DNA of 64,000 nucleotides from Candidatus Borrarchaeum weybense (GTDB lineage: Archaea > Asgardarchaeota > Sifarchaeia > Borrarchaeales > Borrarchaeaceae). The notes under the pieces were generated by a model. That model did not search any database, was not told where the DNA came from, and worked only from the letters and a program-made list of their open reading frames with translations. The number at the start of each line of letters is the position of its first letter. Within the stretch, counting starts at the first letter, position 1. The DNA lies in assembly GCA_019057385.1 (NCBI GenBank), contig JAHQJS010000004.1, positions 514,118 to 578,117 on the forward strand, given 5' to 3'. A program made the position numbers and the translations under genes. Of this stretch, positions 1 through 9,960 are shown piece after piece.

Positions 1-417
1 GGGCAAGAGATTTTGTTTTTACATAAAATTTTGGAAGGTGGAACTGACAAAAGTTACGGAGTGGAAGTTGCACGATTAGCAGGGCTTCCTCAAACAGTTG
101 TTCGTAGAGCCAAGGAGATTCTAGATGTTTTTGAAAGTTCAGAAACTCCAACAGTTCTGAAATCAAAAAAGCTTCCGACCGATAAACCTGAATTAACACA
201 GCTAACACTTTTTGATGTTAACAAAATAAACTCTAATAAAAAAGAAAGGCTAGATCCAATGGAAGAAATTTCTCCAGAGCATATTCTGGGTGATAAGATA
301 ATTAATGAACTTAAAAAAATAGATCTAGATAATATTACGCCTTTAAATGCCCTGAATGCACTCCATGAATTGAAAAAGAAACTAAATGAAGAAGATAATA
401 AATACACTTATGAGTGA
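1..417 (+). CDS. mutS: DNA mismatch repair protein MutS, C-terminal fragment (gene begins upstream of the window)
   Basis: The frame is open from base 1 (GQEILFLHKILEGGTDKSYGVEVARLAGLP...). This motif is typical of the MutS ATPase and C-terminal region. The stop at 415-417 overlaps the mutL start. Confidence 0.85.
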   Translation, partial: GQEILFLHKILEGGTDKSYGVEVARLAGLPQTVVRRAKEILDVFESSETPTVLKSKKLPTDKPELTQLTLFDVNKINSNKKERLDPMEEISPEHILGDKIINELKKIDLDNITPLNALNALHELKKKLNEEDNKYTYE

Positions 418-2206
418 TGTCTCTGTGAGTCAAATTGTTGTTTTATCGGAAGAAATCATCAACAAGATCTCCGCGGGAGAAGTGGTTGAGCGCCCAGCAG
501 CAGTCGTTAAAGAATTAGTCGAAAATGCAATTGACGCAGGTGCAACAAAAATCATTGTTAAAATCCAAGAAGGAGGAAAAAAATCAATCTATGTTTCAGA
601 TAATGGAGTTGGAATGTCACAAGAGGACGCTGAGTTAGCTCTCCTTCGATATACAACCTCAAAAATAAGAACTGCTAAAGACTTAACGAATATTTCTACA
701 TTAGGCTTTAGGGGTGAAGCATTAGCAAGTATTTGCGCTGTTTCACGGCTGGAATTAGTTACAAGGACTGAAGATCAAACTACTGGTACTAAAATAATTG
801 CAGAAGGTGGAATAATCAAAGAAAAATCAGAAGTTGCTTCTCCAATTGGAACGATGATCTTTGTTCGTGATCTCTTTTACAACACACCTGCACGAAAAAA
901 ATTCTTGAAAATTGCCCCAACTGAGTTTAACCATATTTTTAACGTTATACGGCATTATGCACTACGTTACTCAACTATCTATTTCCAACTTATTCATAAT
1001 GATAGAGATATTATTAGTACTCCAAGTAAAACACTTCTTGGTAGAATTACTGATATTTACGGGAAAGATATTGCTCAAGAGATGATTTCAGTCGATTATT
1101 CAGCAGATGACATTAAAATAACTGGATATATCTCAAGTCCAAATTTAACACGAGGAGATACCTCTTATCAATCGATTTTTGTGAACTCTAGATATATTAA
1201 AGATAGCCAACTTACGAAGAGTATTGAAAATTCTTATGGTCAATTACTGGAAAAAAGGAGACATCCCATTATAATTCTCAATTTAGAAATAAACCCAAGA
1301 GAAGTCGATGTTAATGTTCATCCAACAAAACGTGAAATACGTTTTAGCAAAGAAAAACTAGTTTTTGAGGCGCTTAAAACATCAATTTCTAACGCACTAG
1401 CCGAAAAGGACCATATTCCTTCCGTAGAGATTAGAGAAGAACCGCTTTTAAGAACAACTATACATCCAGATACTCTAATCGAAGAAACTGTTGGTCATGA
1501 TACAAGTAAGTCAGAAGATATTATGAAAATGACTATGAGTAAATCCGAAAGCCCTTCAATAACTCCACCACTACGTTACTTCGATTCATCAGCAGAGTCT
1601 GTAGCACCTCTAAGGAAGGACTTTACTATAGATAAATTAGGGGATCTAGTCCTACTAGGTCAGGCTCATTTCACTTATCTTATATTTCAAGACAAAGAAG
1701 GGCTAATACTTGTAGATCAACACGCTGCAGATGAGCGTGTGCAACTTGAAAAACTAACCAAAAAATACATGAACTCAATAGATACTCAGGACCTTCTCGC
1801 CCCAATAAAGATAGAACTTAAATCACACGAAAGCGAGATGCTAAAAGACAATTTAGATATTTTAAATGAATATGGGCTCAATATTGAACACTTTGGAGGA
1901 ACAACATTCGTTATTCGTAGTCTGCCAATCGGTCCTGTAGATGTTAAGGAAATAAAGGAAATGGTTGAGGAATTACTCTCATCTGGCGATCTGGAAAACA
2001 AAGAAACACTGAAGGAAGCAATAATTAAATTGATGGCGTGTCACTCCGCCATAAGGGCCGGTGAGAAACTTTCAGTCGATACAAGCCTATCCTTAATAAA
2101 AAATCTATTTCAAACTGAAAATCCATATACCTGTGCTCATGGTCGACCAACTCTGATACGAATAAGTAGTAAACAATTGGAGAAGTTATTTAAACGAATT
2201 GCTTGA
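386..2206 (+). CDS. mutL: DNA mismatch repair protein MutL (GHKL ATPase)
   Basis: N-terminal ISAGEVVERPAAVVKELVENAIDAGAT and DNGVGM GHKL motifs, plus a C-terminal dimerisation region. An alternative start ATG at 410 overlaps the mutS stop (ATGAGTGA). Confidence 0.9.
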   Translation: MKKIINTLMSDVSVSQIVVLSEEIINKISAGEVVERPAAVVKELVENAIDAGATKIIVKIQEGGKKSIYVSDNGVGMSQEDAELALLRYTTSKIRTAKDLTNISTLGFRGEALASICAVSRLELVTRTEDQTTGTKIIAEGGIIKEKSEVASPIGTMIFVRDLFYNTPARKKFLKIAPTEFNHIFNVIRHYALRYSTIYFQLIHNDRDIISTPSKTLLGRITDIYGKDIAQEMISVDYSADDIKITGYISSPNLTRGDTSYQSIFVNSRYIKDSQLTKSIENSYGQLLEKRRHPIIILNLEINPREVDVNVHPTKREIRFSKEKLVFEALKTSISNALAEKDHIPSVEIREEPLLRTTIHPDTLIEETVGHDTSKSEDIMKMTMSKSESPSITPPLRYFDSSAESVAPLRKDFTIDKLGDLVLLGQAHFTYLIFQDKEGLILVDQHAADERVQLEKLTKKYMNSIDTQDLLAPIKIELKSHESEMLKDNLDILNEYGLNIEHFGGTTFVIRSLPIGPVDVKEIKEMVEELLSSGDLENKETLKEAIIKLMACHSAIRAGEKLSVDTSLSLIKNLFQTENPYTCAHGRPTLIRISSKQLEKLFKRIA

Positions 2207-2243
2207 AAACCAATCCACCTTGAAGATCTGAAGTTCGATATTC

Positions 2244-3626
2244 TTAAATACATATTAAGATGATCAGATCCATCACATTAGTGCCAGTTGGCCCAGTAAG
2301 TACCAAATCGCTGAGCTCTTGGAAAAAATGATAGGCGTCGTTGTTTTCTAAACGTTTTTGGGGCTCTAATCCCTTCTCTTTTGCTCTCAATATTGTTGAA
2401 GGACCAATAAGCGCACCTGCTGCGTCAGTAGGTCCATCGATTCCATCAGTACCAATGGATCCAAAAGCAACTCCTTCCATTTTTTCTCCTATTTTTATGG
2501 CCGCCCCCAAACTGACCTCTTGATTTCTCCCTCCCTTTCCAGTTCCAGTTACTGTTACTGTCGTTTCTCCACCTGCTATGATGGCACATGGTTTAGGGAG
2601 TGGGTGTCCATGCGTATGAATTTCTTTTGCTATTGCTGCAAAAGCAATGCCGATTTGACGCGCTTCACCTTCCAATGATGATGTTAGAATGAGGCTATTT
2701 AATCCAAGTTCTTCTGCTCTAAGTTTCGCAGCAGTACAAGCGCTAAAATTACTACCGATTATAACGTTATGGCAAGAAGAAGTCATTTCTTTGGGTGTTT
2801 CTGGGATTTTTTGAGCGAGTCCATCATTTAAACGTCTTTTTATAGTCTCTGGTGTCTCATCCCAGAGTTTATAGCGCTGAAGAATTGCAATTGCGTCTTG
2901 ATAATGGGTTTCATCAGGGGCAGTAGGACCTGATGCAATGGAATCCAGAGGATCACCTACCACGTCTGATAAGATTAAACTAATCAATGAAGCGCCATGT
3001 TTACAAGCATGCTTTGCAAGTTGCCCTCCTTTAAAATTCGAAATGTGTTTTCTGATGGTATTAATCTCGTGAATTGTAGCTCCAGATTTTAGAAGATCCT
3101 TTGTGATTTGCTGTTTTTCTTCTAACGAAATTTCTCCTGCTGGAGCTGGCATTAAAGCAGATCCACCTCCTGAGATCAATGCAATAATCAAATCATCCTC
3201 TTTAGCTTGACCCACTAAGTCTAACATTTTCTTAACACCATTTATGCCATCAATTGAAGGAACTGGATGATCTGCTTCATTCAAGTTAATTGACTTCGTT
3301 TTAAAACTTGATTTTGTCCCTCGTAAGATATTTATCTCACCTGAGGTTATTTTATCTCCCAGGATTGCTTCCAATGCTTCTGCCATAGTTCCACTAGCTT
3401 TACCTCCCCCTACAACAAAGATCCTTTGCAGTTTTTTGAGATCAAAGTCATATTTTTCAATATGTAAGATGTTATCTTCTCGCTCAAATTGTACATATTT
3501 TTGGATTGCATTTTTTGGATCGACTGAATTAATTGCCTTTTCTACGATATCAAGTAAGATCTCTCTGCACTGTTTGTCCTTTTCATTACGTGCATTTTTA
3601 ATTAATTCTGCTTTGTTCTTAATCAA
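2244..3626 (-). CDS. Glycerate 2-kinase / hydroxypyruvate reductase-like protein (DUF4147 + MOFRL family)
   Basis: Motifs VVGGGKASG, ISGGGSAL, GGETTVTVTGTGKGGRNQE and GTDGIDGPTDAAGA are typical of MOFRL glycerate kinases. Confidence 0.8.
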   Translation of the reverse strand: MIKNKAELIKNARNEKDKQCREILLDIVEKAINSVDPKNAIQKYVQFEREDNILHIEKYDFDLKKLQRIFVVGGGKASGTMAEALEAILGDKITSGEINILRGTKSSFKTKSINLNEADHPVPSIDGINGVKKMLDLVGQAKEDDLIIALISGGGSALMPAPAGEISLEEKQQITKDLLKSGATIHEINTIRKHISNFKGGQLAKHACKHGASLISLILSDVVGDPLDSIASGPTAPDETHYQDAIAILQRYKLWDETPETIKRRLNDGLAQKIPETPKEMTSSCHNVIIGSNFSACTAAKLRAEELGLNSLILTSSLEGEARQIGIAFAAIAKEIHTHGHPLPKPCAIIAGGETTVTVTGTGKGGRNQEVSLGAAIKIGEKMEGVAFGSIGTDGIDGPTDAAGALIGPSTILRAKEKGLEPQKRLENNDAYHFFQELSDLVLTGPTGTNVMDLIILICI

Positions 3627-3733
3627 TACAAAAACCCCGCAAACATAAGGTAAGTATTTTTAAATGAACTCTTAAGTTGTCACATAACATTTTCAAAAAC
3701 TTCCATATAAAAAAATCGTAGGAACGAGATGTC

Positions 3734-5869
3734 ATGGCTTTTGAACTTGATCCAACACTCTTAACCGTCATTATAGTTTTCTTTATACTCATATCAATTG
3801 AAGCTATTCCGATCGTCGCATTAGCATTAGAGTTCTTTGTGGTGCTTTTACTTACTGCAGTTCCTCCGCTTCTCACGATAATCATCGGGACGGTTGGCAT
3901 TGTTATAGGCTCCATGATCTCGTATTCCTACACATATCTACTCTCCGAGAAAGTCCCATGGATACGTAAACTTTTAGAAAAGAAGAAGATTGAACGTATG
4001 ATAAGGTTTTTTAACAAACGTGGCGATCCACTTCTTATTGCAACTCGTTGCATACCATTTCTTCCATTTAGACCTATGAATTTCGTTTGTGGGGCAACAA
4101 AATACCCTTGGAAAAAATATTTCCCTATAACACTGTTTTGCTCATTTGTTCGAGTGTCTATAATAGTTGCTATTGGTCAAGAGATCTTAAAACTTAAGGT
4201 GAGTTTACTCCCTCTGTTTATTGTTCTGTTCATAGTCATAATCATTATTGGCATTATAGTTGACAGAGTTCTAAGTAAGGTCATAGCTAAAGAAACACTT
4301 GAAAGCACAAGTCAAGAAATTCCATCTGTCCCGACATCAGCAACAGATTCCTGCGAATCTATTGAGAAAACGCATGGGTTGAAGCGCCTAGAAATTTATG
4401 CGGCACGTATGTGGAATTTACTTAATGAAGGGAAGTCCTTCTTTTTGATATTTTCCGTTTTTATTATCTTATTGCGTGTAATAATTATTCCTTTTCTTAT
4501 TTTGGTGGGCGCAAACTTTTTTCCTATGGACGGTCTCTTAATATTATTAATTAATTATAGCAATACTAGCCTTATTTCATCGGTCTTGTTTATAATTCCT
4601 TTTCTCGTCGTGTTCATAATCTTTGATTTTCCTCTTAAGTATCGAGTATTTCTTTGGGTTCTTTTAGGTGTTTTCTTCCTTATTTTTCAGTATATTGATT
4701 TAATCTCTTCAATTTTGATCTTAATATTCTATTTTTTCTTCACCGTTTTTCTATGGGGGTCTATTTATTATCATTTTCGAGTTGGCACGTCTCTCACAAA
4801 TTTTAGAAGATTTTGGAAACTCGTCTTAGAAAACCCTGATTCGACAAGTGGAAATTCACTCGAACAACTTCCAAAAATTTTTATCACGGTATCTTTGTTT
4901 ACGTTTTTACTTCGTAATCCTATAACTAACTTGACTGATAATTTATTCCTACCTTACCTTATTTTATTGATACTTGCAGTTTCTATGGGACTTTTATCTC
5001 ATCTACTCTACTTTAGGATTATCCCAAGAGAAACTGGAGTTCATACAACAATTATAAATAATGAACGACTTGTTGACCGCATATATGTCATTGTAATTGA
5101 TGGATGCCGAAGGGATCGGTTAGAAGAAGCTGATACTCCTACTATTGATTATTTACGTAACGAAGGAACTGAATATTCTAATATGAGGACAGTTTACCCT
5201 GCAAGGACAGTTGTTTGTTTCTCAAGCATGTTTACTGGTGCTGGCAAAGAAAAACATGGTGTGACAAGTAATTTGGTACTCAAGTCGTTTTTCGGGAAAA
5301 AAGGAGTTAAAGTGGAATCTATTTTCGATACACTAGAAAAAAATAACATGAAAGGTCGGATGGTTGCAATTGCGCATCTTATTGATGCATTTGGAGAAAA
5401 AATTGTACAAACAGTGAGCGCTGTTTGTCCCAACGACCTAATCGATGGAGTCATTTTTAAGACAGCAGAATCAATCATTGAAAAAGAAGATCCAGAGTTA
5501 CTCGTAATTCAACTCATTTCAACTGATCAGACGGGTCATGTATTCGGCAGTTCATCCCTAGAGTATCTGCAAAAAATTGAAGAAACTGATAAAAAGATTT
5601 CAGAATTTCTTGAATGGCTGAAGGAGAAGGATAAACTTAAGAATTCAGTCATCGTCATTATGGCTGATCATGGGCAATCTCATCGAGGTATCGGTGCACA
5701 TGGACACTGGGACAAAGGCGAACGAGAAGTGCCTTTTATTATATGGGGTCATACAATTAAAAAAGGTGTAAAAATCGATAAAGAAGTCAGAATATTAGAC
5801 CTTGCACCAACTTTAAGTTATCTATTTGGAATTCCTCCACCCAAAGAGTCAATCGGCATTGTTCTCTAG
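3734..5869 (+). CDS. Fusion membrane protein with an N-terminal DedA/VTT-like domain, a polytopic region and a C-terminal alkaline-phosphatase-superfamily (phosphodiesterase/pyrophosphatase-like) domain
   Basis: The N-terminus has TM helices and a DedA-like RCIPFLPF segment. The C-terminus has VIVIDGCRRD, YPARTVVCFSSMFTG, STDQTGHVFG and MADHGQSH metal-site-like motifs. Confidence 0.6.
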   Translation: MAFELDPTLLTVIIVFFILISIEAIPIVALALEFFVVLLLTAVPPLLTIIIGTVGIVIGSMISYSYTYLLSEKVPWIRKLLEKKKIERMIRFFNKRGDPLLIATRCIPFLPFRPMNFVCGATKYPWKKYFPITLFCSFVRVSIIVAIGQEILKLKVSLLPLFIVLFIVIIIIGIIVDRVLSKVIAKETLESTSQEIPSVPTSATDSCESIEKTHGLKRLEIYAARMWNLLNEGKSFFLIFSVFIILLRVIIIPFLILVGANFFPMDGLLILLINYSNTSLISSVLFIIPFLVVFIIFDFPLKYRVFLWVLLGVFFLIFQYIDLISSILILIFYFFFTVFLWGSIYYHFRVGTSLTNFRRFWKLVLENPDSTSGNSLEQLPKIFITVSLFTFLLRNPITNLTDNLFLPYLILLILAVSMGLLSHLLYFRIIPRETGVHTTIINNERLVDRIYVIVIDGCRRDRLEEADTPTIDYLRNEGTEYSNMRTVYPARTVVCFSSMFTGAGKEKHGVTSNLVLKSFFGKKGVKVESIFDTLEKNNMKGRMVAIAHLIDAFGEKIVQTVSAVCPNDLIDGVIFKTAESIIEKEDPELLVIQLISTDQTGHVFGSSSLEYLQKIEETDKKISEFLEWLKEKDKLKNSVIVIMADHGQSHRGIGAHGHWDKGEREVPFIIWGHTIKKGVKIDKEVRILDLAPTLSYLFGIPPPKESIGIVL

Positions 5870-5909
5870 TCAAGCGCCTCAAATATTCCCCTATGTTTGA
5901 AGAACCCAC

Positions 5910-8099
5910 ATGGTCCTTAAAATGAGGTTAAATGCAATTAAGAAGTACCGGATTGGTCTTGTCGTCGTTGTTATCATAAATTTTCTATTGACACTACCAA
6001 GACTGTATGAGGGAATTCCTTCTGGAATCGATTCAAACAGCCATTTATTCAAATGTATCTATATTTTTGAGTTTACAAAAAGGTTCGGTCATTTTCCGAG
6101 TTGGAGCGATGCATGGTACGGTGGCTATCCGATTTCTCTATTTTATCCTCCATTGAGCTACCACATTGCGGTTTTTGTAATGCAATTTGGCGTCCCGCCT
6201 CTCCTCGCTTATAAACTAATTGAAATCATCTTCTACGCATTAGTAACTCCGTTAGCAGTTTATACGTTAACCCAGGGACTTAAATTTAAAAAAGGAGTGG
6301 GGGTTTTTGCAGCGTTATTGTTTAGTGGAATACCTGAAGTTTTATTAAACTTGATGAGGATGGATAGATACCCAAACATCATAGTTATTCCACTCGTTTG
6401 TCTATTCTTTGGAATATTCTTCCGTATGAAAGGAACAAAATATTTTGTATTATCTTACGTTTTGTTAGGCAGCATTTTTCTTACTCACCATCTGACCGCT
6501 GTGTACATCAGCTTGCTTTTTCCAATCTATATTCTTTATCAGAGATTGAATGGAGTCAAAATCTCAAAGAGTTTTCTAGTAAGTTTATCTGTGCTTATTT
6601 GTGCATTTATTATCGCGGCATTTTGGACATTTCCATTTGTGCTAAACTTAAATCAATTACAAGAAAATCCCTTTATTAACAGGTCCATCCTGGGATCACA
6701 TACCCTCTTTGACACATTAACAGATATCAAATCTATTGGACTTGGACAAGTTTTGCTTATGCTTTTCGCAGGCGTGTTTTTAGTGGTTGCGTCATTCAAA
6801 AAGCATCTTGAAGGATTGCTTCAGAGATTTTTTCAAAAAAGTAGTTTCTTTCTTGTATTCTTCTTTTCAATTCTTGCTTTTGTCTCATTCTCCTCCTATA
6901 TAATCTTCCAAGATCTTTTAGACATCATATATTTGCTTTTACTTGGCTTTGTAGTTCTAACTCTGATTTTCCAGATTCCTTCAATCAATGCAACAAAGTT
7001 TTTTGAAAAGAAAGCATCATCGGTAATTTTCTGTCTTATCTGGTTTGTCCTATTTTTTTGGCTAGGACAAGGCGATGAAGCATTATTATATCAATTATTA
7101 CCTTATTGGCAAAAATTGGACCCTGACCGTTTTATCCTGTTTTCTTCGATTCCTTTAGCAATCCTTGGAGGATTCATATTAAATCATATTCTAACTACTT
7201 TTAATTCTGTCAACATCCACTCATTCTATCCTGTCCATACGAAAGAGCGGAGGTTTCTAGTATTCACTGGTTTGATGATATCCCTACTCGCTTTGAATTC
7301 CATTCAATTACAAAGGCATACTACGGATCCCACTTTGTATCGTGAAAATCATGAGTTTCCAAATGAAGTGTTTACTTATTTTGAAAGTCAAAAGGATTCT
7401 GGAAGAATCTTACCGATTCATTGTCCTAACTGGATCTATTCTTTTCCGGTAATTGGTGGTAATAAGTCGATCATTGACGGCTGGTACCCACAAGGACGTT
7501 TATTAACACCAATTCGATCGATAAGATCTTATTCTATTAATTACCTGTCTCTAGACGCAAATAGAACAGAAATTTGGAGTAACCTTATTGAAAATGCTGA
7601 AAATCTTGCTATTGGATGGATACTTCTTGGAGATGCACAGTATGCAGACCTTATTCCACTAAATGAATTCACTTTGGAGTTATACGCTGATGGCATCTTT
7701 ATTTACAAAGCGAAATTCAAAGTCGGCATGATTACTACAAATCCAGATTACTTGATCGATAAATGCGTACTCAGAAGGTATTCCGCTGAAAAATTTGTGA
7801 TTGAGGTTCAGGACCTTACTAGACCTGCAGAAATAATCATCAAGGAGGCATACTTTCCATATTGGACAGCCTATGTCGATGGCATCCCAGTAGATGTTTC
7901 AAAAAATGTAGATGGATTTATTCAAGTGAATATAAATCAAACTGGAGATTTCACTATTGAATTAAAATACGAAGAAAAGTTTGCCTTCGCTGCTGGAGTA
8001 TCTTTTCTAGCCTTGTTTGGAATTCCCATTCTTTTAGAGATCTTTCGAAGAAATGTCTATGCAAAGAATACTCGACTGAGGAAACTTTTTAATTTGTGA
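5910..8099 (+). CDS. Large polytopic membrane protein, GT-C-like (putative glycosyltransferase or oligosaccharide-handling protein)
   Basis: More than 12 predicted TM helices are followed by a soluble C-terminal domain and a terminal TM helix. It sits in a glycosylation gene context. I recognised no definitive motif. Confidence 0.4.
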   Translation: MVLKMRLNAIKKYRIGLVVVVIINFLLTLPRLYEGIPSGIDSNSHLFKCIYIFEFTKRFGHFPSWSDAWYGGYPISLFYPPLSYHIAVFVMQFGVPPLLAYKLIEIIFYALVTPLAVYTLTQGLKFKKGVGVFAALLFSGIPEVLLNLMRMDRYPNIIVIPLVCLFFGIFFRMKGTKYFVLSYVLLGSIFLTHHLTAVYISLLFPIYILYQRLNGVKISKSFLVSLSVLICAFIIAAFWTFPFVLNLNQLQENPFINRSILGSHTLFDTLTDIKSIGLGQVLLMLFAGVFLVVASFKKHLEGLLQRFFQKSSFFLVFFFSILAFVSFSSYIIFQDLLDIIYLLLLGFVVLTLIFQIPSINATKFFEKKASSVIFCLIWFVLFFWLGQGDEALLYQLLPYWQKLDPDRFILFSSIPLAILGGFILNHILTTFNSVNIHSFYPVHTKERRFLVFTGLMISLLALNSIQLQRHTTDPTLYRENHEFPNEVFTYFESQKDSGRILPIHCPNWIYSFPVIGGNKSIIDGWYPQGRLLTPIRSIRSYSINYLSLDANRTEIWSNLIENAENLAIGWILLGDAQYADLIPLNEFTLELYADGIFIYKAKFKVGMITTNPDYLIDKCVLRRYSAEKFVIEVQDLTRPAEIIIKEAYFPYWTAYVDGIPVDVSKNVDGFIQVNINQTGDFTIELKYEEKFAFAAGVSFLALFGIPILLEIFRRNVYAKNTRLRKLFNL

Positions 8100-8153
8100 A
8101 CATATTCTTGTGGTGTATCATTCACTAGAACAATTAAACCATATCCCCCTATT

Positions 8154-8909
8154 ATGCAGAAGCATCATAAGACGGCGAAATCAATGGAAAAAACTAAAAA
8201 TAAAAAGTTAGCCAAAAAAAAGTCACTTTTTATTATGATACCTGCTTATAACGAAGAAAATTCGATCGCTGAAGTCATTCATAGAGCTAATAATATTAAA
8301 ATAAACAATGTTGAAATTATCACTCTTGTCATAAATGATGGCTCTAAAGATAACACTGAACGTTTAGCAGCAGAATCAGGAGCAGATTTAATTGTGTCAC
8401 ATAAAGTTAATAGAGGTCTAGGGGCAGCAATACGGACTGGTGTCGAAAAATCATTAGAAAACGGGGCTGATATGGCTGTTATGTTAGATGCTGACGGTGA
8501 GTATACACCAGAAGAAATTCCAGCATTAATTAAATTGATTTTACGCAATGAAGCTGACTATGTGTTAGGATCACGATTTATGGGATCAATACTTAAAATG
8601 AAAGTCCAAAGACGACTTGGAAACCTGTTTTTGACGGCACTTCTTATGTTATTTACGGGGCGACGAATTTCAGATGGACAAACTGGTCTACGGGCATTTA
8701 GTAAACGTGCTCTACAAAATTTGGAGATTGTGCACGATTATAATTATGCACAAGTACTTACAATCGATTTACTAAGAAAAGGATATCGACTCAAGGAAAT
8801 TCCGATTTCCTATTCTTTCAGAAAAACAGGAAAAAGCTTTGTACGCTTTAAATCATATGCGTTGAAAGTTTTTCCAGCAATGATTAAAGCACGACTCCGG
8901 CGTTTGTGA
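8154..8909 (+). CDS. GT2-family glycosyltransferase (dolichyl-phosphate sugar synthase-like)
   Basis: Motifs IMIPAYNEENSI, NDGSKDNT and DADGEY are the GT-A/GT2 signature. A T6 run follows the stop directly. Confidence 0.85.
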   Translation: MQKHHKTAKSMEKTKNKKLAKKKSLFIMIPAYNEENSIAEVIHRANNIKINNVEIITLVINDGSKDNTERLAAESGADLIVSHKVNRGLGAAIRTGVEKSLENGADMAVMLDADGEYTPEEIPALIKLILRNEADYVLGSRFMGSILKMKVQRRLGNLFLTALLMLFTGRRISDGQTGLRAFSKRALQNLEIVHDYNYAQVLTIDLLRKGYRLKEIPISYSFRKTGKSFVRFKSYALKVFPAMIKARLRRL

Positions 8910-9040
8910 CTTTTTTCGTCCTCATACCTGTCATCCATTCCCGTCGTAGAAGGCGTCAGACCTCTCGGGTTCAGTCTCATGCACAAGAACGTGTTCTCCG
9001 CGTGTTGCGAGGAACATTCCGTCTTGTAGTTGGCATATTG
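8902..9040 (-). ncRNA. Structured RNA element, copy A (unclassified family; omega-RNA-like by similarity to 24596-24862)
   Basis: About 85-90 percent identical to copy C (reverse-oriented at 48731-48860) outside one hairpin, which differs by compensatory changes. The antisense strand would carry T5-T8 runs, so the minus strand is favoured. Confidence 0.65.
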
Positions 9041-9104
9041 TCCAGCAACTATGAAAAGTAAAAGTATTATGCAGATCATTTTTTAAGCTCCATGTTAAAT
9101 ACTT

Positions 9105-9644
9105 CTAAAAGCCTCCTAAGTCATCTATGTAGAGATTAACCATTAAGAGTAAGTGATTTTTTAATGATGAAAAACCGAATTTGAGTGCTTCATTGATCCG
9201 ATTAAGTGTTTGAGACTTATAGATATAGGAATAGAGGGCATAAAGAGAGTATTGGCGTGTTTCGATCTCTTTTTTTAGGGTATCAAAATGAATTTTTGTT
9301 GTTTCAGTTACGCGGTAACGTGAAGGAGCGGAGAACCTGAATTTTCGTGAGATGCTGGAGGAAAATCTATCGTAGTATTGTAGGGTGGAAAGTAAAGGTA
9401 ACTCTCTGTAATCTAATTCGTAATTATGATGATTCTTAACCAATTGATAGATATAGTCATCGGAGATTTTGACCTCTGTATAGATTTTACTTGGATGTCT
9501 TTCAGTATTGACGAAATCGTGGAGAAGCATGGCGATCATCAGTTTTTGCATTGCATCTGAGAAGTTTGTTGGAAGCATTTTTCTGATCTTGATTTTTTTT
9601 GGAGAATAGAGGGGTTTCTTTTGAAGTTTTTCATTTCCTGCCAT
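9105..9644 (-). CDS. Helical protein with an HD-like motif (MLLHDF, NHHNYE); probably the C-terminal part of a frameshift fusion with 9539-9916
   Basis: This ORF overlaps the upstream Cas6-like ORF by 106 nt in the -1 frame. An HD dipeptide in a hydrophobic helix is the only catalytic-looking motif. Confidence 0.45.
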   Translation of the reverse strand: MAGNEKLQKKPLYSPKKIKIRKMLPTNFSDAMQKLMIAMLLHDFVNTERHPSKIYTEVKISDDYIYQLVKNHHNYELDYRELPLLSTLQYYDRFSSSISRKFRFSAPSRYRVTETTKIHFDTLKKEIETRQYSLYALYSYIYKSQTLNRINEALKFGFSSLKNHLLLMVNLYIDDLGGF

Positions 9645-9916
9645 TGTATTTGCCCCATGCCTTCATGGGTGTATCTTCCGATGCTATCTAGGGCAAGTGC
9701 TTCATCAAGTTTATATTCTGGAGCGATGACTTCAATATTGCCATACCAAGCCCTAAAAGTCATAGGTGCTCGTCTTTCACCCTTTGTAAGTTTGCCAAAC
9801 ACTCGTGGGCGTCCTTGAATGGTGACGATACCGATGTTTTTGAGTCCAAACCGATTTCTCTTAGCGACTACAGGTGTTTTAGTTATCCCCAGTAATTTAA
9901 TCCAGTTTTTTGTCAT
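9539..9916 (-). CDS. Cas6-like RAMP fragment (single RRM-like fold with a glycine-rich loop)
   Basis: FRAWYGNIEVIAPEYKLDEALALDSIGRYTHEGMGQIQW resembles the C-terminal Cas6 signature (G-x-G...GMGQ). An AGAGGAA SD lies upstream of the ATG. Confidence 0.5.
   Translation of the reverse strand: MTKNWIKLLGITKTPVVAKRNRFGLKNIGIVTIQGRPRVFGKLTKGERRAPMTFRAWYGNIEVIAPEYKLDEALALDSIGRYTHEGMGQIQWQEMKNFKRNPSILQKKSRSEKCFQQTSQMQCKN
9593..9600 (-). other. A8 homopolymer forming an A_AAA_AAA slippery heptamer at the junction of the two overlapping ORFs
   Basis: The minus strand reads CTC CAA AAA AAA TCA. A -1 slip (or one extra A) gives ...SILQKK-IKIRKMLPTNF..., a 270-aa fusion. Confidence 0.5.
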
Positions 9917-9960
9917 CGTTATTCCTCTTTATGAATAGTATCCCGTTATTAACATTTTAA

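Noticed and set aside
8902-9040. Reading the element as a box C/D sRNA or K-turn RNA (CUGA ... GGAUGA).
   Set aside because: The order and spacing do not fit a C/D sRNA, the C-box match is imperfect, and the element is twice the usual length. L7Ae binding cannot be excluded, but nothing supports it.
8810-9079. An 89-aa minus-strand ORF (…FLCMRLNPRGLTPSTTGMDDRYEDEK…), together with the similar ORF at 9929-10183 (…FLRMRLNHLRGPTPLVLMGMDDSQG…).
   Set aside because: The shared peptide-like similarity comes from translating the conserved RNA element. Differences between copies fall as compensatory stem changes rather than synonymous changes. The third copy (48.7 kb) has no corresponding ORF in the track.
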